DNA from: Parcubacteria group bacterium GW2011_GWA1_40_21
GTDB taxonomy: Bacteria; Patescibacteriota; Minisyncoccia; Phycocordibacterales; GWA1-40-21
NCBI GenBank assembly: GCA_000996205.1
Contig: LBYO01000002.1
Coordinates: 1 to 52,148, forward strand
Reading direction: 5' to 3'
Length of the DNA: 52,148 bases
In this document: piece by piece, positions 7,479 to 16,338 of the stretch
Position numbering within the stretch: the first letter of the stretch is position 1
Layout of the letters: the number at the start of each line of letters is the position of its first letter
The notes under the pieces: model-generated
Told to the model about the DNA's origin: nothing
What the model saw: only the letters and a program-made list of their open reading frames with translations
Databases searched by the model: none
Program-made: the position numbers and the translations under genes

Positions 7479-8390
7479 TTAAATCTCTCTTAAATAATGA
7501 CCTGTATTCTTAAAAAAAGATACTTTAGAAAAATTCAAATTTATTTTCCCTGAATATCGCAACATTGAAAAAATAGTGCCGTTTAAAAATACGGGGTTAT
7601 TCCAAGCAACTATAGATTGCGGTATCATATGAAACCAGCTTCTATACCCATCATACTCCAAAGATTTTTTTGATATTTCCTTTATTATTTTATCCAGTTT
7701 ATCCTTATCAGATTCTTCAGTAAGGTGATGCTTAAAAAGAGAATTGTAGACTAAATCAAAATATTTTGGCGGGAATTCGGCACCAAGATTAAAAATATCG
7801 TTTTTACACAAAATGACAGTGATTCCTCTGTTCGTTTTTGCTATTTCTTCAAGTCTGTTTTTCGTCAAGTTTTCAACATCAACAATCTCAACTGCTTTTC
7901 CTAAAAAATTTAGATTTTCTTTTGCTATTTTATTGGTGATCGGCGATTTGTCCACTCCGATGAAGATAATCGGTTTGCCGTATTTTTTCTCAAGCAATTG
8001 AGAAATGACTTGTCTGTCAACTTCCATCCCTCCCGCGCCCAAGTTGGCTAGTATAAGAGGTCTGTTCTCTTTCAAAATACTCTGAATGACTTTATCTGCT
8101 AACGGTTTTACTAATCCCGGACGATCTTTCCTCTCCATTTCTATCAATCTCTTATGCATCCTCACATCCCACTCCTCCACCGGAAAATCCGTCAATTCCA
8201 GAAGTCTTGAACCGTCAATCTTTGACGCTCTGGTCAGAAGCCACCATACATAGCGGGGCAAAGATTTCATCGCCTCCGCGAATTGTATGTTTTCCTCAAT
8301 CGCGTAAAGTCGACCGCTATATCGCGAGTCGTTCTTGAACTCCCGCAACTTTTCCAAAATGCCCTCTATTTCCATTCTTCTTTTTTTCAT
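7479..8390 (-). CDS. Class I SAM-dependent methyltransferase-like protein
   Basis: Motif I-like LANLGAGG, acidic strand IGVDKS, FDLVYNSLFKHH. Confidence 0.6.
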   Translation of the reverse strand: MKKRRMEIEGILEKLREFKNDSRYSGRLYAIEENIQFAEAMKSLPRYVWWLLTRASKIDGSRLLELTDFPVEEWDVRMHKRLIEMERKDRPGLVKPLADKVIQSILKENRPLILANLGAGGMEVDRQVISQLLEKKYGKPIIFIGVDKSPITNKIAKENLNFLGKAVEIVDVENLTKNRLEEIAKTNRGITVILCKNDIFNLGAEFPPKYFDLVYNSLFKHHLTEESDKDKLDKIIKEISKKSLEYDGYRSWFHMIPQSIVAWNNPVFLNGTIFSMLRYSGKINLNFSKVSFFKNTGHYLREI

Positions 8391-8455
8391 AATTGGAAGA
8401 AACTATCAGATTTAATGATACTCAATAGTATATCAGATAATTCCAAAAATGTTTT

Positions 8456-9529
8456 TTATTTTACTTCATTCGCAAACAAAATGTTCGGCTTCATTCGCAT
8501 TGAGCGCGCGGAGGGTTCGTCGGCGTAGCCAATGCGGAATAGCATTGGAATAGTTTTGCCTTCAACTCCAAAAGTCCGCTCTATATCAGAATAAGCGATC
8601 TTTATTGTTTCTAAATGATTCTGGCTGAAAACGCCGACATCCCCGCCGCCCTTTATCCTTTCCATAAAATATATAACGCCGGTGCACGGGTGAACGCTCA
8701 ATCCCAATTCAGTCGCTTTGAGCCAGACTCTCTCTGCCGTCCGTCCGGCATTTATAAAATCTTCGCGACTGTTCCCTTTCGCGACGACGACAGCCAACGC
8801 GCCGGAATTGGCGTATTTTTCGGCATTTTCTTTGGCGATAATTCTTGAAACTTTTCCGATCTTGTTTAAAATTTTCAAAATCAGCCAATTTTTGAAGAGC
8901 TTCACGCCTTTGAGCTGGTGAGGCAGGAATTCAAGAGTCTTGATATAAAAACCTCCCGCTTTGTCTTGGTCTTCTTCTTTCCAAAGAATGTGCTCGTAGA
9001 AAAAATCATGCAACTTTTTATTTTCAAAAATAATTTGTTCATTCACCGCAAGCGCTTTACCGAGAGTGTTGAGCGATTCTTCATCATCAATAATTTTTAA
9101 TTCTCCAAGTCCGGCCTCTCTTGCTGTCTCAATCAGTTGTTTTTTCTGATCATCTGATAATTTTTGGTGCGCGTGATCCTTCCTGTTCGTGCACCTCTTT
9201 GCAATGAAAGGATACAACGACAGCTCTCTTGAGTTAGTCGCATCGAGCGTCAAAGTGGCAACAAGATTCTGCTCTTCCTTTATGGGAAATAATTTAACAC
9301 TAGCCTTGTATCCGTATTTCAAAGCGACGATGACAATGTTTTCAATAAGCGCGCCGTGCGCGGCATAAGAACCTTTTTGCTCAAAATTATAAAGGGATGT
9401 GTCCGCCTCCGGCACATTGAAAATATGAATATCGCTTCCATCCGCCGCGAATTTCCACGGCTGGCAATTCTCGCCGGACGGCGCAAATACACTTTCCGTG
9501 ATAATTTCTTGAATATCTTTGTTATTCAT
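8456..9529 (-). CDS. Nitroreductase-family flavoprotein (Acg/Rv1355c C-terminal type)
   Basis: APSGENCQPWKF, GALIENI, RCTNR, AGRTAERVWLKAT, LFRIGY; start placed at ATG 9529. Confidence 0.85.
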   Translation of the reverse strand: MNNKDIQEIITESVFAPSGENCQPWKFAADGSDIHIFNVPEADTSLYNFEQKGSYAAHGALIENIVIVALKYGYKASVKLFPIKEEQNLVATLTLDATNSRELSLYPFIAKRCTNRKDHAHQKLSDDQKKQLIETAREAGLGELKIIDDEESLNTLGKALAVNEQIIFENKKLHDFFYEHILWKEEDQDKAGGFYIKTLEFLPHQLKGVKLFKNWLILKILNKIGKVSRIIAKENAEKYANSGALAVVVAKGNSREDFINAGRTAERVWLKATELGLSVHPCTGVIYFMERIKGGGDVGVFSQNHLETIKIAYSDIERTFGVEGKTIPMLFRIGYADEPSARSMRMKPNILFANEVK

Positions 9530-9673
9530 TTTTTTATATAAATCCAATAAAATAAAGAGATTTTTGAACGAGTCACAATTCAAAAAAACTTTATTTTAAT
9601 AATATAATAAAATAGGCAATAAACAAAATTTGTCGCTACATATTCTGATGCGTACAAGTATGAAAATCAATTT

Positions 9674-10321
9674 TTAATACAAAGACTGGAAATATTTTAA
9701 ACTTACTTTTATAAATTTTTCAGTATTTTGTTCTTTCGTCCAAATCTTTTTAATTTCCTCCAGCTTACTTTTCAAATCCGGATAAAACAAAAGCTCCTCT
9801 GCCCCTACGAACTTCTGAATTGCCTTTAAATTAAGAAAAATTACATTAAAAATTTCAGAAAGTTCCCACAAAGCCTTGTCATCCTTTATACCCAACTCGT
9901 GGCAAAAATCATAAAAGGCAAAGTGGGTTAATTCATGAGCAATAACTTCTTTCCGCATATCATGCGACCGTTTGTAATAAACTTGAAAAGATTTATTTTC
10001 CAAATAACGAGGATTACAATTAAAAATAGACAAATAGCAAGTGTAATTTTCTTTACTGAAATCTCGTCCGAAATACTTTTGAAGTTCAAGAAAAAGAGGC
10101 TCTTTTATTTCATCAAAACACAACTTGGTATCTTTTAGAATTTCTTCCAATTTACCCTTGCTTTTCAGATAAAAATTATCTATATATTCAATATGGTTTT
10201 CTTTACTAATATGAGGATGATCATCTTGTATTTTTTTGCCAAAATCCGCTCCACCAACCATGGCATCGCGGAAAGACATATACACCTCTTTATCCAATTG
10301 TTTATTTAATTCTATTTTCAT
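9674..10321 (-). CDS. Hypothetical protein with HExxH zinc-metallopeptidase motif
   Basis: VIAHELTHF followed about 20 residues later by ELSE (gluzincin-like third ligand). Confidence 0.65.
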   Translation of the reverse strand: MKIELNKQLDKEVYMSFRDAMVGGADFGKKIQDDHPHISKENHIEYIDNFYLKSKGKLEEILKDTKLCFDEIKEPLFLELQKYFGRDFSKENYTCYLSIFNCNPRYLENKSFQVYYKRSHDMRKEVIAHELTHFAFYDFCHELGIKDDKALWELSEIFNVIFLNLKAIQKFVGAEELLFYPDLKSKLEEIKKIWTKEQNTEKFIKVSLKYFQSLY

Positions 10322-10344
10322 ATTAGTCAATACAATGTAAATAT

Positions 10345-11541
10345 TTACAAATTGAATATTTTTTTAAAATTTTCGGCGATTTTGCCGCGTTTTTCAACTT
10401 CTTCAAGAGAATTATAATTCGGCACGAGTTTCTCGTCCAAAGATATGAGGGCGCGATTGTTTTCAAGGGGCTGGCCACAAAGAATTTTGCGGACACAATA
10501 AGCGACCGCCGAGCCGTTCACAAGGGCGGCGCCACCGAGCTGAGGCCATGAGACGATGGTCTTGCCCATCTCAAGAAGAGATTGCTGCATTCTTTCCGTC
10601 ACATTCTCCGGTCCGACATGTTTTGTTATCATCCTGCCGATTCCGAATTTGTCCAATTTGGAAAGCATCTCATAGGACACCTCGCCCATTCTTCCTTGAA
10701 AAAATGGAGTGTTCGGGTCAAGGTCATATCTTTCAATATCCACCACGGCGTTGTCGCCATTGTCCGCTGCCATTACCACCGCTATTTTATGTTTCTTCGC
10801 TTGTTCGCGAATAAGATATTTCACCGCTAAATTATCAAGCTCGTCAATCACAATATCTAAGCCTTCAAAAAATTTGCCGATGTTTTCTTTGGTCAAACCT
10901 TCCGGAAACAATTCCACTTCGGCGTAAGGATTGATTTCGTAAATTTGGCGCGCGGTCATCTCCACTTTTAAAACGCCGAGATTGTCCACGCCCGTCCTTA
11001 TTCTATTGGTATTGGAAAGAGCCAAACGGTCAAGATCGGCGAGCTTGATTCGCTTCGCTCCGCCCTGAAGAACAATTGCGAGCGCGACGCTGTTCCCGAC
11101 GCTAAGTCCGCCGATGCCGACTATCGCGTTATAAAATTTTTCTTGCTCCTCTTTGTTTATAAGATTTTTATTTCTGGCGGTTCTTACCATTTGAAAATCG
11201 TCTTCTTCCAGAATGTGTGTCAATTTGGAAAGCCACGGAAAATAAACCCAGTGGCCGCTCTGCCATATCGGACATTCTTTATCCAGCGCAGAATAATAAT
11301 CTTCAAACTTTTTCTTAAAATCGGGAGCGTAGACCATGCTCGGATTTTTCACCGCGAATAACTCGTTCTGCTGTTCTTTGTAATCATCAGCAACGTACTG
11401 GATTCTCCTCAAATTAAATAAATCATTGGCGGCATTCTGATCTTCCGATTTTTTAAAATCAAAGACGGTCGGCTTGGAATCAATGGCTGCCGACGCTCTT
11501 TCGTCTAAACTTTCTTTCAATTCTTGTGATATATTTTTCAT
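10345..11541 (-). CDS. ThiF/E1-like adenylyltransferase, Rv1355c-type
   Basis: WVYFPW..RTARN, GIGGLSVG, ADLDRLALSNTNR, KVE..ARQIYEINPY, IVIDELD, VSWPQLGG. Confidence 0.88.
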   Translation of the reverse strand: MKNISQELKESLDERASAAIDSKPTVFDFKKSEDQNAANDLFNLRRIQYVADDYKEQQNELFAVKNPSMVYAPDFKKKFEDYYSALDKECPIWQSGHWVYFPWLSKLTHILEEDDFQMVRTARNKNLINKEEQEKFYNAIVGIGGLSVGNSVALAIVLQGGAKRIKLADLDRLALSNTNRIRTGVDNLGVLKVEMTARQIYEINPYAEVELFPEGLTKENIGKFFEGLDIVIDELDNLAVKYLIREQAKKHKIAVVMAADNGDNAVVDIERYDLDPNTPFFQGRMGEVSYEMLSKLDKFGIGRMITKHVGPENVTERMQQSLLEMGKTIVSWPQLGGAALVNGSAVAYCVRKILCGQPLENNRALISLDEKLVPNYNSLEEVEKRGKIAENFKKIFNL

Positions 11542-11574
11542 AAAATAAAAATTAAATTTTTAAAAACAACTTTT

Positions 11575-13104
11575 TTAAAGACGGATCGGATAATCTTTCT
11601 TCACCCACTTCTGCTTTGTTCCGCTCTTGAAATAAAGCGGGTGTTCATAATTCCATAAAATAATTTTAGGAACGACTCTTCCGGGCATCATATTGGCGTT
11701 ATTTTTATGCTCCGCGCTATTTTTCAAAAGCGATTCAACTATTGATTTCGTAATTTCCTTTTCCAGAGACCTCCCCGTCTTAACGCCATTTTTCAGCTCA
11801 ATATTAATCTCCAAATATTCATCGTGCTTCCTATCGTGCTTTGTGAACATTGTAAACCTTCCTGTAATATAACTCGCAAATTTAGCGCGTTCCAATCCCC
11901 CCTTCACATATTCCGGAAAAATAATCGCTCCGTAAAGCTTGGTGGACATATCCGTTCTCTCATACAAATATACCGACGGAAGCTCGGAAATTGTATTTTC
12001 CAGCCCTGCGCTTTTCGCCTCTTTTCTTATGTCTATTCCGTGCGACTTGAAGATTGAATCGGCATCATTCCAGCTGACAACTCCGCCGTTGTCGCCTATC
12101 TCGTATCGAAGGAAAGGTATAGTATTGTTGCCGGTACAATAAATATTTCCATTCGGTGATTCAAAATTGATGAATTCAGGATTAAACTGGGCGAAAGTCG
12201 GCAAGCGATTCGCCTCGGCAAATATATTTTTATATATATTCTTTCTTTCAAGGGCTATCCTCCGCATCATAATATTCACCGGAGTTTCTATCGCCATTGT
12301 TCCTATATCGGCGCTTCCATAAATATTCATAGTGCCGGTGTGAATATCTTGAATTCCAGTTTTATCAATTATGTATTCCCTGAATTTTTCAGAAAAAGAT
12401 TCAGCCGCGAAAATTATCCTGACATTGTGATCCTGCCATTTGACACCCTGGCTTTTGGCTTCATCAACGACATCTTTCATAAAAGGCGGATAGCCACAGA
12501 GTATTATCTGGTCAAACTTATGTCCTATATTTTTTAGCGCCTCAAAGATTTCCTTTTTGTTGACCCCGGGCGTAATAATCGTCAGAGGATAGCCTCGGCC
12601 AGAAATCAATCTAAAGGCCTGATAAGTAATCAGTCCGCCTATCCAGACACCCATGCCGAAGCACACTATAACTAGGGTTGATTTATTTACATCAATGCCA
12701 CTGTTCTCAAGAAAAATCTGATGATAAATGGACGATTGCCAATCCAAGATATGATTGCGCGGAAAATAAAAAGGCGCCCCTGTAGAACCTGATGTGGAAG
12801 TAAAAACTAAAGACTTCTTCAGATACCCGTTCCAAGTCAAATCCTCAAGCGGATATTGCCGCAGGTAGTTTTCCTTGCTTGTCGAGGGAACCGATTTGAA
12901 ATCTTTAAAATTTTTAACCTTAGCCGGATTGATTTTATTTTTCCGCAAAAAATCTTTGTAAGCCGGCACCTTTTCAGCCGCTTCGTGAAAAAGCTTAAGC
13001 GATACCTCCTCGGCTCTCTTTGTCCAATAATCGCTTTTTTTATCCTTTATCCGCTTTAGCGTTTTTCCCGCGATTTTCTTCTCTTCTCTATTATTTATAT
13101 TCAT
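11575..13104 (-). CDS. Phenylacetate--CoA ligase / coenzyme F390 synthetase-like adenylate-forming enzyme
   Basis: VPAYKDFL, TSTSGSTG P-loop, YGSAD, RYEIGD motifs. Confidence 0.85.
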   Translation of the reverse strand: MNINNREEKKIAGKTLKRIKDKKSDYWTKRAEEVSLKLFHEAAEKVPAYKDFLRKNKINPAKVKNFKDFKSVPSTSKENYLRQYPLEDLTWNGYLKKSLVFTSTSGSTGAPFYFPRNHILDWQSSIYHQIFLENSGIDVNKSTLVIVCFGMGVWIGGLITYQAFRLISGRGYPLTIITPGVNKKEIFEALKNIGHKFDQIILCGYPPFMKDVVDEAKSQGVKWQDHNVRIIFAAESFSEKFREYIIDKTGIQDIHTGTMNIYGSADIGTMAIETPVNIMMRRIALERKNIYKNIFAEANRLPTFAQFNPEFINFESPNGNIYCTGNNTIPFLRYEIGDNGGVVSWNDADSIFKSHGIDIRKEAKSAGLENTISELPSVYLYERTDMSTKLYGAIIFPEYVKGGLERAKFASYITGRFTMFTKHDRKHDEYLEINIELKNGVKTGRSLEKEITKSIVESLLKNSAEHKNNANMMPGRVVPKIILWNYEHPLYFKSGTKQKWVKKDYPIRL

Positions 13105-13131
13105 AATCTTTTCTTGATGGCTCCAATAACC

Positions 13132-13165
13132 AAAAAAATACGCCGTCTTTTTGAATAGCGTATTT
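13132..13165 (-). terminator. Terminator-like hairpin 28 nt upstream of the ligase start
   Basis: Minus strand AAATACGCT-ATTCAAAAAGAC-GGCGTATTT then TTTT. Confidence 0.7.
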
Positions 13166-13176
13166 CAACTGCCAAA

Positions 13177-13269
13177 TCAACTGCCAAAATTATTTTGCAA
13201 TACAGAAGCAGTCAAAGTTTTTTTGCCATTGTCAATGCGGATGGTATTGGCTATATTGCGTATTTCCAT
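13177..13269 (-). pseudogene. 30-codon ORF resembling a decayed N-terminus of TypA/BipA (or leader peptide derived from it)
   Basis: MEIRNIANTIRIDNGKKTLTASVLQNNFGS* versus translational-GTPase G1 consensus IRNIAIIAHVDHGKTTL. Confidence 0.7.
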
Positions 13270-13289
13270 AAATTTATAAAAGTGCCTAA

Positions 13290-13318
13290 ATTCTAGTGTG
13301 AAATATAGCTTTTGTAAA
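13290..13318 (-). promoter_or_regulatory. Putative promoter TTTACA-17-TAGAAT for the leader and ligase operon
   Basis: Hexamers at 13313-13318 and 13290-13295; back-to-back with TTGACA-17-TAACCT on + (13322-13350). Confidence 0.6.
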
Positions 13319-13408
13319 GCATTGACAAATAAGATTAACTGTGATAACCTTTTAATAGTTTTTTACAGGCTTTATAACTTTTTCTTTTAGAGAAATGGGG
13401 GGGAAGAA

Positions 13409-13783
13409 ATGAAAATTGAGATTAAAACAGATAATGTCGGCTTGTTAATTGGGATGTTGGAAATCTTAAAAAACAAAGATTATTTGGGGCAAACGATATT
13501 GGGTCCTAATGAAAGTCTAGACTTAATTCTAGACTTGAAAGAGAAGAAAATATTAAGACTGACAATTAGTAAAAGATTAAATTCATCTATTGGGAATTAC
13601 AGCGAGAGGGACCAAAGATCAATTTCTATATCAGACACTAATAGGTCAGTACTTAGTGATGTAGAGATTGTGCTTGTTTATGACTACGGGCAGAAATTCG
13701 TGAGTTCCATCAAATCTATCGAGGAAGCGGTGAAAAATAAGCAGGCCGAAATAAAAAAAGGCATTGAAAATAGTATCGGTTAA
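13409..13783 (+). CDS. Hypothetical protein
   Basis: 124-aa ORF with G-rich SD-like element and upstream promoter; no motif recognised. Confidence 0.6.
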   Translation: MKIEIKTDNVGLLIGMLEILKNKDYLGQTILGPNESLDLILDLKEKKILRLTISKRLNSSIGNYSERDQRSISISDTNRSVLSDVEIVLVYDYGQKFVSSIKSIEEAVKNKQAEIKKGIENSIG

Positions 13784-13876
13784 ATCGGCTAAATCGATTA
13801 AATTTAGAAAAAATAGTCAAAAAGGGTCTTATGCGAGATTACAAAATCTTTTACATAAGACCCTTTATTTTTTTGA

Positions 13877-14719
13877 TTATATTTTCAGAGAATCCTTAAT
13901 TTCAAAATCACCGACTTTAGTCCTCTTTAGATTCAAAAGAGTCGCTCCTATCTTGAGATCTTTGCCGAGCTTATGAGCAATTGACCGGATATAAGTTCCG
14001 CTGGAACATTTGATTTTTATTTTTGCTGTCTGAAATTCAGCGCTATATGAAAATGGTACACAATTTCTGCTATCGCTGAAATTGTGTACCATTTTGTTTT
14101 TGAAATTTTGGAACTTGTTTGCGGGCTTATCCTTTAAAATTCCTTGCCATTTTTTCAAAATTTTTTCCTGACGGAAATCGCCTTTTACCTTTTGAATTTT
14201 TTTATTGATTTGAGCGAGCAGATTTCTCCCGTTAATTTTTTGCAGGCGCAGAATTTTGATTTCATAAATTTCTCTTTCTTTCTCTGGAATTTTTATATCT
14301 TTTATCTTTTCCTCTCGCGACCATTCAAAAAGAGGTTTGCCTTTTATCTTGTATGAAGAGTACGGCGGAAATGGCTGTTTGTTTTTTCCCAAAAATTTAT
14401 TTAAAAATCCGGCAAGCTCATCTTTGTGAAAATCTTTTATCACTTTTTTCCTTTTAGGCAACCCCAAAATGTCATAGGTATCCGTTTCAAATCCGAATAC
14501 TATTTCGGCTTCGTATTCCTTGTCCAGTTTAAGGTATTTTTCTTTTTCGTAAACGGCGCTTCCCGCAAGCAAAATTAAAACTCCCTCCGCCAGAGGGTCC
14601 AGCCGTCCGGCGTAAGTAATTTTTACGCTTTGATATTCAGGATTATTTGCGCGGAAACGGTTAATCACCTCAAGCGGAGTCTCACCCTCCCTTTTGTAAA
14701 TATTTAAAACTTTATTCAT
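13877..14719 (-). CDS. truB: tRNA pseudouridine(55) synthase TruB
   Basis: AGRLDPLAEGVL, KEYEAEIVFGFETDTYDILG, PPYSS, CSSGTYIRSIA, LKRTKVG. Confidence 0.9.
   Translation of the reverse strand: MNKVLNIYKREGETPLEVINRFRANNPEYQSVKITYAGRLDPLAEGVLILLAGSAVYEKEKYLKLDKEYEAEIVFGFETDTYDILGLPKRKKVIKDFHKDELAGFLNKFLGKNKQPFPPYSSYKIKGKPLFEWSREEKIKDIKIPEKEREIYEIKILRLQKINGRNLLAQINKKIQKVKGDFRQEKILKKWQGILKDKPANKFQNFKNKMVHNFSDSRNCVPFSYSAEFQTAKIKIKCSSGTYIRSIAHKLGKDLKIGATLLNLKRTKVGDFEIKDSLKI
14050..14095. repeat. Palindromic element inserted in-frame in truB
   Basis: AAAATGGTACACAATTTC-TGCTATCGCT-GAAATTGTGTACCATTTT, perfect 18-bp arms. Confidence 0.85.
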
Positions 14720-14753
14720 TATTTTTTTGATTATCCGGTTATTTCATTCTGTG

Positions 14754-14828
14754 TGTCATTCCCGCGCAAGCGGGAATCCAGACACTCTGTGCTGTTGAAC
14801 ATAGATTCTCGCCTACGCGGGAATGACA
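14754..14828. repeat. REP/dRS3-like composite palindrome, copy 2 (opposite orientation to 339-411)
   Basis: Same arms and a homologous spacer (GACACTCTGTGCTGTTGAACA vs reverse complement GACTCTCTGTGGTTGAACA). Confidence 0.9.
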
Positions 14829-14955
14829 AAAATCTTTTCTTTCCCCGCAACCCTCTTCATCTCTCCCTGTATTTTCCTACAACCTAAAACCTACCACCTA
14901 CAACCTTCTGCTAATGCTTGTCTATTATACATATTTTCGCTAGAATTTAGCGATT

Positions 14956-16275
14956 ATGAAGGAAAAAACCAACAAAAAAATCTCAACCGAATCTTACAAG
15001 GGCGTACGCGACTTCTATCCGCAAGATATGTTTGTCCAAAATTACATATTCGGAATTATGAGAAAAGTGGCGGAAAGTTTCGGCTACAACGAATATGGAG
15101 CTTCTATTTTGGAACCAGCCGATCTTTACCGAGCCAAGACCGGAGATGAAATCGTGAACGAGCAAACCTATTCGTTCAAAGACCGCGGGGACAGAGAGGT
15201 GACATTGCGTCCAGAGATGACGCCGACTGCCGCCAGAATGGTGGCGGCGAAAAAGCGCGAGTTTTCTTTTCCTCTGCGATGGTATTCAATCCCCAATCTC
15301 TTCAGATACGAACAGCCGCAGAAAGGACGGCTCCGCGAGCATTGGCAGTTGAACGCCGACATATTCGGAGTGGAAAGTATTGAAGCGGAAATTGAAATTA
15401 TTTCAATCGCGCGCGCAATTATGAAAGCATTCGGACTGAAAGACGGAGATTATGAAATAAGGGTGAATGACCGAAAAATTATGAACTATATTCTGGAAGA
15501 TTTCTTGTCGCTCTCGCCTGCCGAATCTCATAGTGTTTCAAAAATCATAGATAAAAAAGACAAGATGAGCAAAGAAGATTTTGCCGACAAAATCCGCTCT
15601 ATTGTCGGAGAAAAAAGTGACGAACTTACAAATCTTCTCCATTCAAAAAACCTTGAAGAATTTATTTCTCTTCTGCCGGAAAAAGCCCGAACGCATCAAG
15701 GCGTATTGGAAATCAAAGAACTTCAGAATAAACTCGCCGAACTTGGTATTAAAAACACCGTGTTCAGCCCGACGCTTATGCGCGGCTTTGATTATTACAC
15801 TGGAATCGTGTTTGAAATTTTTGACACCAATCCGGAAAATCGCCGCGCGATTTTCGGCGGAGGGAGATACGATGATCTGTTAAGCATTTTCGGCGCCGAA
15901 AAAATCCCGGCGGTCGGCTTTGGAATGGGAGATGTGACCACTCGCGATGTTCTTGAGACTTATGGTCTTATGCCGAAATACAAGCCAGCCACGGAACTTT
16001 ATATCTGCGTTTTGGAAGAAAAATACCGGAATTATGCGCGCCAATTGGCGCAAGACTTGAGAGAAGACGGACTTAACGTCGCCGTTGACTCCTCCGGCAA
16101 GAAAGTCGGCGATCAGATAAAATACGCCGACAAAAACTTGATACCTTTTATTGTGTGCGTAGGAGAAAATGAAGTTAAAAATGAAGAATTAAAAATAAAA
16201 AATCTAAAATCGGGCGAAGAAACTGCCTTGAAAGCCTCTAAGGTTTATGATTTTTTAAAGAATAAAAAATCATAA
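14956..16275 (+). CDS. hisS: Histidine--tRNA ligase (probable housekeeping copy)
   Basis: YKGVRDFYP, LRPEMTPT, FRYEQPQKGRLREHWQLNAD, RGFDYYTG, GGGRYD. Confidence 0.95.
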   Translation: MKEKTNKKISTESYKGVRDFYPQDMFVQNYIFGIMRKVAESFGYNEYGASILEPADLYRAKTGDEIVNEQTYSFKDRGDREVTLRPEMTPTAARMVAAKKREFSFPLRWYSIPNLFRYEQPQKGRLREHWQLNADIFGVESIEAEIEIISIARAIMKAFGLKDGDYEIRVNDRKIMNYILEDFLSLSPAESHSVSKIIDKKDKMSKEDFADKIRSIVGEKSDELTNLLHSKNLEEFISLLPEKARTHQGVLEIKELQNKLAELGIKNTVFSPTLMRGFDYYTGIVFEIFDTNPENRRAIFGGGRYDDLLSIFGAEKIPAVGFGMGDVTTRDVLETYGLMPKYKPATELYICVLEEKYRNYARQLAQDLREDGLNVAVDSSGKKVGDQIKYADKNLIPFIVCVGENEVKNEELKIKNLKSGEETALKASKVYDFLKNKKS

Positions 16276-16301
16276 TCACTTTACTTGAACTTAGAAATCG
16301 A

Positions 16302-16324
16302 ACTTGGAAACCGAGTTTTCAAGT
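16302..16324. repeat. TTGGA..TCCAA-family short palindrome
   Basis: ACTTGGAAAC-CGA-GTTTTCAAGT; related copy at 23533-23570. Confidence 0.75.
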
Positions 16325-16338
16325 AGAAAAAATAAAAA

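Noticed and set aside
4295..11541. Microcin C-like cluster (ThiF, methyltransferase, GNAT, aaRS)
   Set aside because: The ThiF has Rv1355c-type motifs rather than an MccB peptide clamp, no Asn-terminated precursor or exporter was seen, and the hisS-GNAT block looks separately acquired; kept only as a minor alternative
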